DNA of 64,000 nucleotides from Candidatus Komeilibacteria bacterium (GCA_043801745.1 JAZDLR010000022.1:65960-129959), one strand, 5' to 3'; counted from the stretch's first letter, positions 39,705-50,581 are shown. Translations and numbers: made by a program. Notes: a model not told the origin generated them from the sequence alone.

Positions 39705-40549
39705 CACTGGGGACAATAATGCGTTCCCCGGCCAACTAGGCGCGTCTTAATGATGCGTCCTTTTTTGCAACGCTGACATAATTGTCCCTGACGGCCATAA
39801 ACCTTAAGTAGTTTACTGAAATTACCCGGCAGTCCCTGGGCTTGAACGTAATTATTAAAACTGGTACCGCCGTGTTTTATTGACTGCCGCAGGACGCGGC
39901 GGATATTGACCAATAACTGCAGACGCTGCTGGGGTGAAATAGTCCGAATCGTCCGTTGCGGCCGGATTTTAGTTAGGAAGCAGGCCTCATCAGCGTAAAT
40001 ATTTCCCAAGCCGGCAATTACTGACTGATCCAGCAAAAACTTTTTTATTTTCCAAGCCGACTTGTGCTGCAATAAATCCAACCAGATTTCTTTGGTCAAC
40101 GAACGCTCCAAAGGTTCAGGACCGTAATCCGAAATAATGGCCGACAAATCCTGCGGCCGGATCAGACGCCAATAACCAAAGCGCCTGACATCATTATAAA
40201 ATAATTTAGAACCATTGCTAAAAGATACAATAATGTGAGTGAATTTGTTCGGCACAGTCACGACATTATCAATCGGATGCCCACCGACAACTAACTTCCC
40301 GCCGGCCGGCCGATAAACTAATTGGCCGGTCATTTTCAAATGAATCAATAAAATGGACTGATTGGAAAGATGCGCTATCAATAATTTACCGCGGCGTTCC
40401 AGCCGCGTAATTGAGTGTCCAACTAATAAAGACGCCAGACCTTTAGGCTTGGCGATTTTAGGGGCCAGCACTTGCACCTGCTTGATGCGCTTATGGCGGA
40501 TGATTTGCAGACCGCGGCGGATAGTCTCTACTTCGGGTAATTCAGGCAT
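39695..40549 (-). CDS. mutM: Formamidopyrimidine-DNA glycosylase
   Basis: MPELPEVET, HLKMTG, GLGNIYADE, C4 zinc finger. Confidence 0.97.
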   Translation of the reverse strand: MPELPEVETIRRGLQIIRHKRIKQVQVLAPKIAKPKGLASLLVGHSITRLERRGKLLIAHLSNQSILLIHLKMTGQLVYRPAGGKLVVGGHPIDNVVTVPNKFTHIIVSFSNGSKLFYNDVRRFGYWRLIRPQDLSAIISDYGPEPLERSLTKEIWLDLLQHKSAWKIKKFLLDQSVIAGLGNIYADEACFLTKIRPQRTIRTISPQQRLQLLVNIRRVLRQSIKHGGTSFNNYVQAQGLPGNFSKLLKVYGRQGQLCQRCKKGRIIKTRLVGRGTHYCPQCQK

Positions 40550-40654
40550 AAGGCGGAAAATAATCAATATTCAAGTATCAATAATCAAACAAGTCTGAAT
40601 ATTTAATATTTATAATTAAATATTGTTTGAAACTTGATTATTGATGATTGAATA

Positions 40655-42241
40655 TTATATCAAAGACGTTCCCGTCATCTCCGGAGGTTTTTTCAAACCT
40701 AAAATTTTTATGATCGTCAGGCCAACATCGGATAAAACACCAGAGGAAATCATACTGGAAAGATCGGTGCCCGTTACTCCTCCGGCCACATTTTTGCCTT
40801 CCCACTGACGTCCGACAAAAATACAAGGCACCGGAGTGTTGCTGTGCTCCTTATCAATTTCACCGGTCTGTAGATTAAATAAGGCTTCAGCATTGCCGTG
40901 ATCAGCCGTGATAATAATGGCGCCGTCATAAGACAACACCACATCAACAATCTTGCCGATACAGTCATCGGCAATTTCGCAGGCCTCAATAGTTGCCTGC
41001 AGATTTCCCGTATGCGCCACCATGTCCGGGTTGGCAAAATTCGCTACAATAAAATCATATTTAACTTCGCGGATCTCCTGAATCACGCGGTTGGTAATTT
41101 CCCGTGTACTCATGGCCGGTTTCTGGTCATAGGAGGCAACCTTCAAAGAAGGGATTAGAACGTGATCCTCATCCGGATACATTTTCTCCTGGCCGCCGTT
41201 GAAAAAATAAGTCACGTGGGCATATTTTTCTGTTTCGGCAATATGCAGCTGCTTCAAGCCGGCATCGCTGATGACTTTGGCCACTGGCGTTTGCACTTTC
41301 TCCGGAGCAAAAGCGATCTGCAGCGGCAAATCTTTTTCATATTCCGTCATACTGACGTAGAAGAGATTACGCATATACTCGCGGGGAAATTTATCAAAAC
41401 CCGGCAAAATTAAAGCTTTGGTGATTTCCCGCATCCGGTCGGCCCGGAAGTTGAAACAGATTATGGCATCGCCGTCCTGAATTTTGGCCAGAGGCTGCTT
41501 AGCCTCGTTAGTAATAACTGTTGGCTCCAACTGTTCATCGTAAATTTGCTTGGAATAAGAAGCTTCAATCGCTTGCACCGCATCAGTGGCGTAATTTTTA
41601 GCTTCGCCATTAACCAGAGCTTTATAAGCCTCGACTATGCGCTCCCAGTGATTATCACGGTCCATAGCGTAAAACCGACCGACCAGAGTCGCGATTTGAC
41701 CCACACCGATCTGTTTGATCTTATCCTTCAGCTTGGCCATAAAATTACTGCCGCTGTTATAAGGAGTATCACGGCCATCCAGAAAAGCGTGAATATAAAC
41801 CTGGTCAATCTTCTGCTCGGCCGCTAATTCCAACAAGGCGTACAAATGCTCATTGAAACTATGAACTCCACCGGAACTGACTAAGCCCAGCAAATGCAAT
41901 TTAGATTTATTCTTTTTGACGTGTTCACAGGCTGCCAGAAAGGCCGGATTGGCAAAAAAAGATTTATCAAAAATTGCCCTAGTGATACGCGGTAGGCTTT
42001 GATATAAAATCCGTCCCGAGCCAATGCTCAAATGCCCGACTTCCGAATTACCCATTTCGCCCCAGGCTAATCCCACAGACTCACCGCCAGCTTGTAATGA
42101 CATCGTCGGATACTTATTCATATAAGCGTCCAAGTTCGGTGTCTTGGCTAAAGATATGGCATTGGCACGCGACGGCGGAGCAATACCCCAGCCGTCTAAA
42201 ATAATGAGCACTAATGGTTTGGGTCGTGGAGTTGATTCCAT
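40655..42241 (-). CDS. gpmI: 2,3-bisphosphoglycerate-independent phosphoglycerate mutase, copy 1
   Basis: ILDGWG, GNSEVGH, DGRD, ETEKYAHVT, ADHGNAE. Confidence 0.95.
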   Translation of the reverse strand: MESTPRPKPLVLIILDGWGIAPPSRANAISLAKTPNLDAYMNKYPTMSLQAGGESVGLAWGEMGNSEVGHLSIGSGRILYQSLPRITRAIFDKSFFANPAFLAACEHVKKNKSKLHLLGLVSSGGVHSFNEHLYALLELAAEQKIDQVYIHAFLDGRDTPYNSGSNFMAKLKDKIKQIGVGQIATLVGRFYAMDRDNHWERIVEAYKALVNGEAKNYATDAVQAIEASYSKQIYDEQLEPTVITNEAKQPLAKIQDGDAIICFNFRADRMREITKALILPGFDKFPREYMRNLFYVSMTEYEKDLPLQIAFAPEKVQTPVAKVISDAGLKQLHIAETEKYAHVTYFFNGGQEKMYPDEDHVLIPSLKVASYDQKPAMSTREITNRVIQEIREVKYDFIVANFANPDMVAHTGNLQATIEACEIADDCIGKIVDVVLSYDGAIIITADHGNAEALFNLQTGEIDKEHSNTPVPCIFVGRQWEGKNVAGGVTGTDLSSMISSGVLSDVGLTIIKILGLKKPPEMTGTSLI

Positions 42242-42242
42242 A

Positions 42243-43802
42243 CTAATGAATAATTAAGCTTTTACCAGTCATATCATGAGGCTGCTCTAACTTCAATAGA
42301 TCTAAAACTGTCGGGGCAATATCGCCCAAAATACCGTTAGCCCGCAACTTCAGACGGCTTCCGGCTTTCACAATAATAAACGGCACCGGATTGGTAGAAT
42401 GCTCGGTTTCCGGCTCGCCGGTCTTGGGATCAATCACGCCTTCGGCGTTGCCATGGTCAGCAGTAATAAGACAAATGCCTTTTTTATCCAGCACTGCTTT
42501 GGTAATTTTACCCAGGGCATCATCAGTATATTCGCAAGCTTTGACCGTGGCCCAGAATTTACCTGTATGAGCAATCATATCAGCATTGGCGATATTCATG
42601 ACAATAAAATCAAACTCTCTATTGCGAATGGCGGAAAGCACCCGCGCAGATGTTTGGGCTAGACTCATCTGCGGTTGATCTTCGTAATGCTTCACATCCG
42701 GCGACATTATCATCTCCCTGACCTCGCCATTAACCGGATGATCATAACCGCCATTAAAAAAATAGGTCACATGGGCAAACTTCTCGCTTTCCGCCACAAC
42801 CAATTGGCGGTAGCCTGATAAGGCCATGGGCAAAGTATCCACGATCTCGCGGCCAGGATAAGCCGTCATCAGCTTGGGCATATCTGGTCCAAAATCCGTC
42901 ATAGCCACTAAAAATAAATTCCTAGGTTTATTCTTGGGCTTAAAAGAACCCTTATTGGCCCGCAGAAAATCGTCCTGGGCAAAGGGTTTACATAATTGAC
43001 GGGCGCGGTCAGAACGCAAATTAAAAAATACTACGGCGTCATTATTTTTTATCAGCCCTTTTGGTTGATTATCGGCAGCGACAATAACCGTGGGTTTAAT
43101 AAATTCATCACTCTCACCGCGGGCATAGGCGTGTAGCACTGCGTCTTCGGGTGTCGGCTCTTTCAATCCTCGGCCCAAGACCATAGTGTTATAGGCCATT
43201 TCTGTCCGCGACCATTCTTTCTTACGGTCCATGCCATAGAATCGACCCATGACCGTGGCCACAGTGGCGTAATTACTAAAGATGCCGTGAAAAGATTTAA
43301 ATAATTTTTGCGCGTAATAGGGCGGCGCGTCACGGCCGTCAGTAAATAAATGCAAGAAAATATTACGTACTTTCTTGCGGTTAAATAAAGTAATTAAAGA
43401 AATTAAATGATCCGGATCCGAATGAGCGCTCTGATTACCGGTAATCATACCGACTAAATGCACATCAGAATGATATTTCTGCGTCTGAGCCACTGCTCCC
43501 ATAAAGGCCGGGTTACGGAAAAAAGTGCCATTATTTATGCTCTTAGAAATCACCACCGCATCTTGCTCAACAATACGCCCGGCGCCGATATTCATGTGGC
43601 CAGCTTCAGAATTGCCTTCTTGCCCGGGCGGCAATCCGACATACTTAGAAGAAGCCCGCAAAGCCGTGTGTGAATATTTTTTTACCAGCTGATTATAATA
43701 AGGCAATTTTGCCGTAGTAATGGCATTACCTTTAATGGCCGGACCAATGCCCCAGCCATCCATGATGATCAAAACACACAACTGTTTATCCCTGCTGACC
43801 AT
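42243..43802 (-). CDS. gpmI: 2,3-bisphosphoglycerate-independent phosphoglycerate mutase, copy 2
   Basis: IMDGWG, GNSEAGH, DGRD, ESEKFAHVT, ADHGNAE. Confidence 0.93.
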   Translation of the reverse strand: MVSRDKQLCVLIIMDGWGIGPAIKGNAITTAKLPYYNQLVKKYSHTALRASSKYVGLPPGQEGNSEAGHMNIGAGRIVEQDAVVISKSINNGTFFRNPAFMGAVAQTQKYHSDVHLVGMITGNQSAHSDPDHLISLITLFNRKKVRNIFLHLFTDGRDAPPYYAQKLFKSFHGIFSNYATVATVMGRFYGMDRKKEWSRTEMAYNTMVLGRGLKEPTPEDAVLHAYARGESDEFIKPTVIVAADNQPKGLIKNNDAVVFFNLRSDRARQLCKPFAQDDFLRANKGSFKPKNKPRNLFLVAMTDFGPDMPKLMTAYPGREIVDTLPMALSGYRQLVVAESEKFAHVTYFFNGGYDHPVNGEVREMIMSPDVKHYEDQPQMSLAQTSARVLSAIRNREFDFIVMNIANADMIAHTGKFWATVKACEYTDDALGKITKAVLDKKGICLITADHGNAEGVIDPKTGEPETEHSTNPVPFIIVKAGSRLKLRANGILGDIAPTVLDLLKLEQPHDMTGKSLIIH

Positions 43803-45063
43803 AAAGTTCTTTCTCAATTGCTAACAGCCGGTTATATTTAGCCGAACGTTCACCGCGGGCTACAGAACCAGTTTTGATAAATTCTGACGCCACAGCCACC
43901 GACAAATCGGCAATAAAACTGTCAATCGTTTCACCACTGCGGTGAGAAATAGCCGTCTGATAACCATGCCGTTTGGCTAGTTTAATGCAGTCCAGAGTTT
44001 CACTTAAACTGCCGATCTGATTCGGCTTGATTAAAATAGCGTTGGCCACGCCCAGATCAATACCTTTTTGTAAACGCGTAACGTTGGTCGTAAAAATATC
44101 ATCACCAATAAGTTGCAGCTGTGGAAATTCCTTTTTCACCTGTTTGGTCAGTACTTGCCAGGCTGTCCAGTCCTCCTCTGCCAACGGATCCTCCACTGCC
44201 AGCATAGGATAAGTCCGCAATAAATTCATAAGGTAATCCAACCATTCATCATGGGTATATTCGCTGTTCTCCAGCTGCAAATTATAAGTTGATTTAGCCG
44301 AGTTAAAGAAAACCGACGCCCCGGCATCCATACCCAGATAACAATCCCGGCCTAACTGATAACCTGCTTCGGATGCGGCCTGGCGCAGATAATCAAACGC
44401 CTGCTGATGGCTGTCAAAGTTGGGAGAGTAGCCGCCTTCATTACCCACATCGGTATCACGGCCGGCCTGCTTCAGGATGCTGCCCAGCTTCATAAATATT
44501 TCATCAGCGCAGCGCAAACGGTCACTGAAGCTAACCTGCTGAACCGGTATTATCCAGAACTCCTGGATATTCAAATTCGTATCAGCGTGCAAACCGCCAT
44601 TAATAACATTTACCAGCGGCAGCGGCAAAGTAAATTTCTTATTGCCGTAAAGATCGCCCAGATATTGATACAAGGGAACGGCTAATGATTTGCTAGCAGC
44701 CCGGGCACAAGCCAAGGAAACTCCTAAAATGGCATTAGCTCCTAATCGCGATTTATTCGGCGTATTATCCAGCTCACGCATCAAGTCATCAATCTGACGC
44801 TGCTCGGTCACTCGGATGCCAACTAAAGCGCGGTTAATCTCCGTGTCCACATTTTGACAGGCCTTCAGCACGCCCTTACCGCCGTAACGATGAGGGTCGT
44901 TGTCGCGCAGTTCCAGAGCTTCAGCCGAACCAGTAGAAGCCCCTGAGGGCACGGAGGCTTTGGCCCCCAAACCGCCCTGGAGCTCTACAGTGACTTCAAT
45001 AGTAGGATTACCGCGTGAGTCCAGTATTTCGCTGGCACTGACGCGCTTAATAGTGTCCGGCAT
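43786..45063 (-). CDS. eno: Enolase
   Basis: ILDSRGNPT, PSGASTG, SHRSGET, KYNRLL. Confidence 0.98.
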   Translation of the reverse strand: MPDTIKRVSASEILDSRGNPTIEVTVELQGGLGAKASVPSGASTGSAEALELRDNDPHRYGGKGVLKACQNVDTEINRALVGIRVTEQRQIDDLMRELDNTPNKSRLGANAILGVSLACARAASKSLAVPLYQYLGDLYGNKKFTLPLPLVNVINGGLHADTNLNIQEFWIIPVQQVSFSDRLRCADEIFMKLGSILKQAGRDTDVGNEGGYSPNFDSHQQAFDYLRQAASEAGYQLGRDCYLGMDAGASVFFNSAKSTYNLQLENSEYTHDEWLDYLMNLLRTYPMLAVEDPLAEEDWTAWQVLTKQVKKEFPQLQLIGDDIFTTNVTRLQKGIDLGVANAILIKPNQIGSLSETLDCIKLAKRHGYQTAISHRSGETIDSFIADLSVAVASEFIKTGSVARGERSAKYNRLLAIEKELYGQQG

Positions 45064-45072
45064 CCGTTATTA

Positions 45073-45882
45073 TTATTTGATCTCGTAATTTAAGCTAACC
45101 TGCACATAGACTTCGTTGGTACCCGGTTCAATCGTGGGAGCAGGAACTGCCACGCCGCCACCCATACCAGTGGCTTTGTCCATGGCATACATCGGCTGGT
45201 TAGTATAAGGCTGAGTGTTTTCGTAATAGCTCATCAAACGGCCCAATTTGAACCCCGCATTATCGGCAATAGCTTTAGCGTTATCTTTCGCTTGCTTGAG
45301 AGCAATTTTCCTGGCATCGGCTAAAAAATTCTGGGGATTATCCACGGTAAATTGCAGATTACCAACCTGGTTTAAACCATTATCACCGGCTAACTGAATA
45401 ATTGCCTGGGCCTTAGAGGTGTCTCGCAACGTCACGTCAATATTTTGACTAACTGTGAATCCGCGTGGCACTTGCCGGCCATCAACATAATCATAAGTCG
45501 GGTTAACACTAAAATTGGAGGTCTTAATATCCTTGGCGTCAACCTTTTCTTTCTTAACCGCGGCAATAAAAGTATTCATCTTATCGGTGTTATCCTTTTG
45601 CGCTTCGGCTACCGTGTTCTTGGTCACAGTATAACCAAAGGAAACTTTGGCCACATCAGGCACGGCCTGCACTTTCCCTTCACCTGTCACGCTAATCGTG
45701 GGCTGGTAATCCGGCGATTTACCCACGTAATTTAATTCGCGTAGCTTAACAATTCCGCCCATGAGCAGAAAGAAAGAGGCTGTGATAATCAGCAGCGCCT
45801 TTTGCCAATGAGACATATGACAACAATTTTCCATAATTTTTTTGTTAATAGTAATTAAAAGTTGTAAATTGTCCCGCCACAT
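45073..45882 (-). CDS. SIMPL (DUF541) domain protein
   Basis: TISVTGEGKVQAVPD, DIKT..F.V.P.Y, IEPG; true start probably downstream. Confidence 0.9.
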   Translation of the reverse strand: MWRDNLQLLITINKKIMENCCHMSHWQKALLIITASFFLLMGGIVKLRELNYVGKSPDYQPTISVTGEGKVQAVPDVAKVSFGYTVTKNTVAEAQKDNTDKMNTFIAAVKKEKVDAKDIKTSNFSVNPTYDYVDGRQVPRGFTVSQNIDVTLRDTSKAQAIIQLAGDNGLNQVGNLQFTVDNPQNFLADARKIALKQAKDNAKAIADNAGFKLGRLMSYYENTQPYTNQPMYAMDKATGMGGGVAVPAPTIEPGTNEVYVQVSLNYEIK

Positions 45883-45955
45883 CTATTCATTCTAATGAAG
45901 GCGGGATCCCGCCAAAGGCGGTGAAAAGTTGTAAGTTGTAAGTTATTTAACCTTC

Positions 45956-47116
45956 CTATTTCATTAAAGCCTTCAGAGCTGGCCAGTCGGACTTTTCCAA
46001 CAAACTTAGCATGGCTCCGCCGCCGGTGGAAACAAAGTGCAAAGTATCTTCCAGACGCGATTGTAATACGGCCTTAACCGTCTCTCCTCCACCGACATAA
46101 GCTTGAGCCTGCGACTGTGACAAAATCTGGATCAGATCGCGTGTGCTGGCACCATAGCGCCGGTCTTCGAAATAGCCCAAGGGTCCGTTCCAGATCACTG
46201 TCTTGGCCTGACGGATTACTTTAGCAAACAGCTCTACCGTATCAGGTCCAATATCATAAATGATCTCATTACTGTGAACCTGTGCCACCGCGGTTAAACG
46301 GCTCTTATCAGCCAGTGATGTAGCTACACGTACATCAACCGGAAGTTTTAATTTATTGCTGTAAATGTACTGATGTAATAACTTAACATCCTTATCCACC
46401 AAAGATTTACCAACTTCAAAATCCCGCGCTTGCAAAACATTATTAGCCAAAGCGCCGCCTAATAAAATGTAATCAACTTTGGACAGTAAAATCTTCAATA
46501 AACCCAATTTGGAACTTATCTTGGCTCCGCCCAAGACTGCCACCACCGGCCGCTTACTGCGGGACAAAACCTTATACAGAACCTTGACTTCATATTCCAA
46601 CAAAAATCCGGCATAGCTGGGTAAATATTTGGTCACGCCAACAGTTGAAGCGTGCGTGCGCTGAATAACGCCAAAGGCATCGTTGACATAGATATCTGCC
46701 AGCTTGGCTAAAATCTTGGCAAATTTCGGATCATTCTTCTCCTCACCCGGATACCAGCGGATATTTTCCAGAGCTACTATCTGTCCCTCTTCCAACTTCT
46801 TACTTCTAACTTCTAACTTCCCCGGTTTTTCAGGCCATAATTCAATCTTCCGGCCCACCATTTGGCTGAATTTACAGACAATGGGCTTCAGGCTGGTTGC
46901 CGCTACCTTCTTGCCGTTTGGACGGCCAAAATGTGACACAATAATAACTTTGGCTCCGTGCTCGGCTAAATGCTCTACTGTATGAATAGAGGCCCGTAGT
47001 TTCCATAAATCCGAGGCCTCCAGATGGCCTTGCTGCACCGGAGCATTAAGATCCAGCCGGATCAATACCCGCTTACCGCGTACTGCTTTTAAATCTTGTA
47101 AAGTCCGTAATTTCAT
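45956..47116 (-). CDS. pgk: Phosphoglycerate kinase
   Basis: RLDLNAP, SHFGRP, VNDAFG, LGGAK, WNGPLG, STGGGA. Confidence 0.97.
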   Translation of the reverse strand: MKLRTLQDLKAVRGKRVLIRLDLNAPVQQGHLEASDLWKLRASIHTVEHLAEHGAKVIIVSHFGRPNGKKVAATSLKPIVCKFSQMVGRKIELWPEKPGKLEVRSKKLEEGQIVALENIRWYPGEEKNDPKFAKILAKLADIYVNDAFGVIQRTHASTVGVTKYLPSYAGFLLEYEVKVLYKVLSRSKRPVVAVLGGAKISSKLGLLKILLSKVDYILLGGALANNVLQARDFEVGKSLVDKDVKLLHQYIYSNKLKLPVDVRVATSLADKSRLTAVAQVHSNEIIYDIGPDTVELFAKVIRQAKTVIWNGPLGYFEDRRYGASTRDLIQILSQSQAQAYVGGGETVKAVLQSRLEDTLHFVSTGGGAMLSLLEKSDWPALKALMK

Positions 47117-47595
47117 AAATTTGCTAAATCAACATAAGTAACTGCCGGATCAGATAAAATATCACACAACGGCTGATAAGACGATTCGCCAATCAGATAA
47201 TCAAAAAGCCAGGAATCAGGATACAAAATAACACCTTTGGCCGCGTAAGCCGCGACCTGTTCAGCTGTCGGCTGGCTGCGGAAACTAATGACTAATTTCA
47301 GCTTATCAGCCTGGGATAATTGAGCCTGGCGCAGACCAGGACTGGCCTTACCGGTATGACAGCGTAAATTATCGCCCAACTCGGCTTGGGCTGAGGGTTT
47401 CAGGCTGGCCGGGAAAAAATAGGTAGTTAAGCCCGAAGCAATTAAAATCAATAGAAAAAATGTAAATACTTGCTGCCGTAAAAGCGAAAGAAAAAACCGC
47501 TTCACCCCGTTAGAGATGCCTTGCGGGTGATTTTGTAAAGATTTTTTTGGGGTAGAATAAATATAACCGCCTTTGACCTCTCTAACGGGGTTCAT
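47113..47595 (-). CDS. Hypothetical membrane-anchored protein; N-terminus derived from a MITE-like repeat
   Basis: TM segment; NPVRE...ISNGV encoded by the inverted repeat; stop overlaps the pgk start. Confidence 0.65.
   Translation of the reverse strand: MNPVREVKGGYIYSTPKKSLQNHPQGISNGVKRFFLSLLRQQVFTFFLLILIASGLTTYFFPASLKPSAQAELGDNLRCHTGKASPGLRQAQLSQADKLKLVISFRSQPTAEQVAAYAAKGVILYPDSWLFDYLIGESSYQPLCDILSDPAVTYVDLANL
47505..47590. mobile_element. MITE-like element with CCCCGTTAGAG ends, copy 2
   Basis: 11-bp terminal inverted repeat. Confidence 0.6.
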
Positions 47596-47639
47596 ATGTG
47601 GTTATTATAACAGAAAAAATCAGATACGACTACTTATAA

Positions 47640-47889
47640 TTCCAACCTCCGATTTAGAGACTGGAACAACAATATCTCCTTCTTCCGGCACCGGACATTC
47701 CTCGTGAGATGGATCACAAGGATCTCCTCCAGGAGGCGGTGTTTAGACTATAGTATGTTTCTTCACTCTCTGATTCGTATGATCGTAGACGTATTCAGTA
47801 TGGTCAAGTGAGCCATCCTGCTGGCCACGGGTTCGATTAATGATGGTACCGGGTCAATGGAAATTATTGGTAGCTCTAAAGGTGCGAGC
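47640..47889 (-). pseudogene. Rearranged RHS cassette remnant
   Basis: APLELP..IDPVPSLIEPVAS followed by DHTEYVYDHTNQRVKKHTIV*TPPPGGDPCDPSHEECP. Confidence 0.8.
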
Positions 47890-48108
47890 TTATATAATAT
47901 CAGCATTCTCTACTAAATCCTTCGGTAATTTTTTACTAGCACCAATAATCTCCAACCCAACTAAAATGCCGCAATCATCAAAATCTAAATTGATCATGCC
48001 ATCAATTTCTTTTGGATCACATGGATAAGTTTTTGATACTTTACCACCCGGATCCTGAAAATATATGTACGCCGCATCGACGCTCTTGTCATAACTTACT
48101 TTTATCAT
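47890..48108 (-). CDS. DUF2283 protein, putative immunity/antitoxin
   Basis: YD..VDAAYIY...LDFD..G.LVGLEI.GAS. Confidence 0.85.
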   Translation of the reverse strand: MIKVSYDKSVDAAYIYFQDPGGKVSKTYPCDPKEIDGMINLDFDDCGILVGLEIIGASKKLPKDLVENADII

Positions 48109-48111
48109 AAA

Positions 48112-49880
48112 TTATTTTGTTAAACTATTAATATATTTACTGGTTACATCGGTAATAACAGTTATAACGTTGCCAGTTGCTTTTTCTTGACCTATAAATA
48201 TTTTGGTCGTAGCATCATAATAACCAAGCTTTACAATGCCTTCGTGAATATACTCAAAGGGTTTAATGTTGTTTAACACATTAATTACTTTACTCTCATT
48301 ACCGATTCCAATCTTCTGAGCAATTCTAGCTACAGAATGGGTCGAAAAGTTATAATCACTCGACCTCAAATTCTGCGCCACCTGGTTCATCTTTTGACCA
48401 AGCGCCGAACCGTATTGTTGGGTATAATCGATTACATTTTTTGCATCTGCGGCTGCTGACCCACAAAATCCCAAACAACCAGTACCGGCACCTCCTAAGA
48501 ATTCAATACTCAGGTATGTTAATCCGGCAGCAGCTCCATAAGCCACTGCTCCACTCGCAACCCCAACCACTACACCAGTAGCTACCGGGTGATCCATGGC
48601 ATTCTTCCAAACACCACTAGTATCATACATCTGCTGTGCAGCTTGACCCAACTCAACCTGAAAGTCATTGAAAGATTGTCTGCCAGTAAATATTTCCTTC
48701 CACCAGTGACCATCAGGATCAACAATAATAACCGGATTATTGCGAGAGTAGGCGTAACTATTTAGAGCTTGGGGATCTGAAAGAAGTTGCTTTAGTTTAG
48801 ATCCCGTTTTCTCCTGAACTCTTTGGTCACTAGCAATTTGAAGCATGAAAGGGTCTATGCTCGCGAACCTTCCAATGGAATTGTCATAATACCTGGCTCC
48901 GAAGTACTGTAGATTAGTCTCATTATCCAACTCCTTCCCCGTAAACTTATAGTTATTGCCTATATCAGTAGTGACATTTGTGAAAGCTTCACTGCCATAA
49001 GGGTAATAATCACTTACTTCGGTTATTGTGCCGGAGCTGTCAGTTATCAAAGAACTAGAACCTAAATGATCTCCCAGAACATAGAAAATACCAATAGGTG
49101 ATCCAGAGAGATTATCCGTGGCCAGCTTTATATTACCAAGAAAGTAGTGATTCTTGGAAGAGCCATTAAACTGCGTCTCATAGTACTTATCTATGTAGTA
49201 AGTAGCTGCATCTTGTGCAGCAGGCATTGATTCAGGTTCAATGGGGGCTTGAATCCTATCGGGTGTAGATGTCGCAGTTTCTGGGGTACTGGTTGCTATT
49301 GGCTCAATAACTACAGGTAATGGTTCAATTATGGGATCAGTAATGACAGGATCGGTAGAAGTGGCAACAGAAGGAGCAAGGAGTAAGGAGTCAGCCGCCT
49401 TGTCGAGTACGACAAGTCGCGGCAAGGAAGTAAGGGAATTGTCCACGGTTTGAATGGTAACATCGGAGCTTAGAGAATCTACTGTCTCGTCCACCCCTAC
49501 TCCATTCTCCATACTATTTACTCCTAACTGATCATCAAGACTACCATCTACTGGAGTAAGCAACTTCGGCTCTGGCTTAGTAACAACCGGCTCTAACGGC
49601 ACTACAATACTCTGCTGTTCCGGAACCGGACATTCCTCGTGAGAAGGGTCACAAGGATCGCCTCCAGGAGGAGCTTCATAGATTATGGTGTGTTTCTTGA
49701 CTCTTTGATTCGTATGATCATAGACATATTCGGTGTGATCGGCTGATCCGTCCAGAGTACTTCCAGTCATGCGATCTCGCCAGTCGTAGTTTAGAGTATC
49801 GGAATTGATAAACCTCACATTACCGTTATTATCGTAGGATAAGGTGTCGGAACCGGCTGTGCGGGCTTGGTGGGGGTTAT
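48112..49880 (-). CDS. Orphan RHS core plus C-terminal toxin cassette 3 (DUF4258/BECR-like RNase)
   Basis: DHLGS, FTGKELD, YFGARYY, DPDG; tip FSTHSVARI...VITV; no natural start codon. Confidence 0.8.
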
Positions 49881-49889
49881 GTCAAAGAG

Positions 49890-50579
49890 CTAGTGTTTCC
49901 TTAACTTCACAAAGAACCAGATTGCTATACCTAGAATAACAAGATTAACGGTCAGTTGACCCGTTACAAATCCCAGAGAATAATCATTATTACTAGTCTG
50001 TATTTGATAAATCAGTTTCGTGAATTGCAAAATAGTGCTGGGCAAAATAGCTACAGCTACGACAATGCAAATGAATCGCCAAAATTTAGTTCCAAAGGAT
50101 TTTCTTCTATTTCTTAATCCCTTTTGTAAATTTGAGATCGCTATATCCTTTAAATCAAAAGTACTTGTACCTGATAGGAATCCCCTGAGATCAATCTTTT
50201 GAGAAAGGGCATCAATAAATCGATCTTTTGTTTCAAAATACTTATTTAGGTCTACGTCTCGACTAATTAAATCCTGTAGCTTCTTCCTTCTAACGCTAAA
50301 CTCATTTTCTCCTAAAGGAGAGCTAAGTAATAGAATATCCGCCAGTATACTTGAATCCCCCCTAAGAAACCTAACCGCCTCATCTCTACTCTTTGCGACT
50401 GCAAAAGTTTGATTATTATTTTCAATAAAATCTTCTTGGATACGAATCGTGACATCTCTAAATTCGTTTGGCCACCCAGACAATATTTGCCAGAAGGTTT
50501 TTTTATCAATATTCGGTTCTTTATCCAAAATATCAATAATTATCTTGAGACATTCCGCTTTTGCATTATCAAAGGTCAT
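49890..50579 (-). CDS. Putative immunity protein with conserved C-terminal two-TM anchor
   Basis: Directly follows cassette 2; C-terminal ~70 aa similar to 52384-52995. Confidence 0.7.
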   Translation of the reverse strand: MTFDNAKAECLKIIIDILDKEPNIDKKTFWQILSGWPNEFRDVTIRIQEDFIENNNQTFAVAKSRDEAVRFLRGDSSILADILLLSSPLGENEFSVRRKKLQDLISRDVDLNKYFETKDRFIDALSQKIDLRGFLSGTSTFDLKDIAISNLQKGLRNRRKSFGTKFWRFICIVVAVAILPSTILQFTKLIYQIQTSNNDYSLGFVTGQLTVNLVILGIAIWFFVKLRKH

Positions 50580-50581
50580 AT

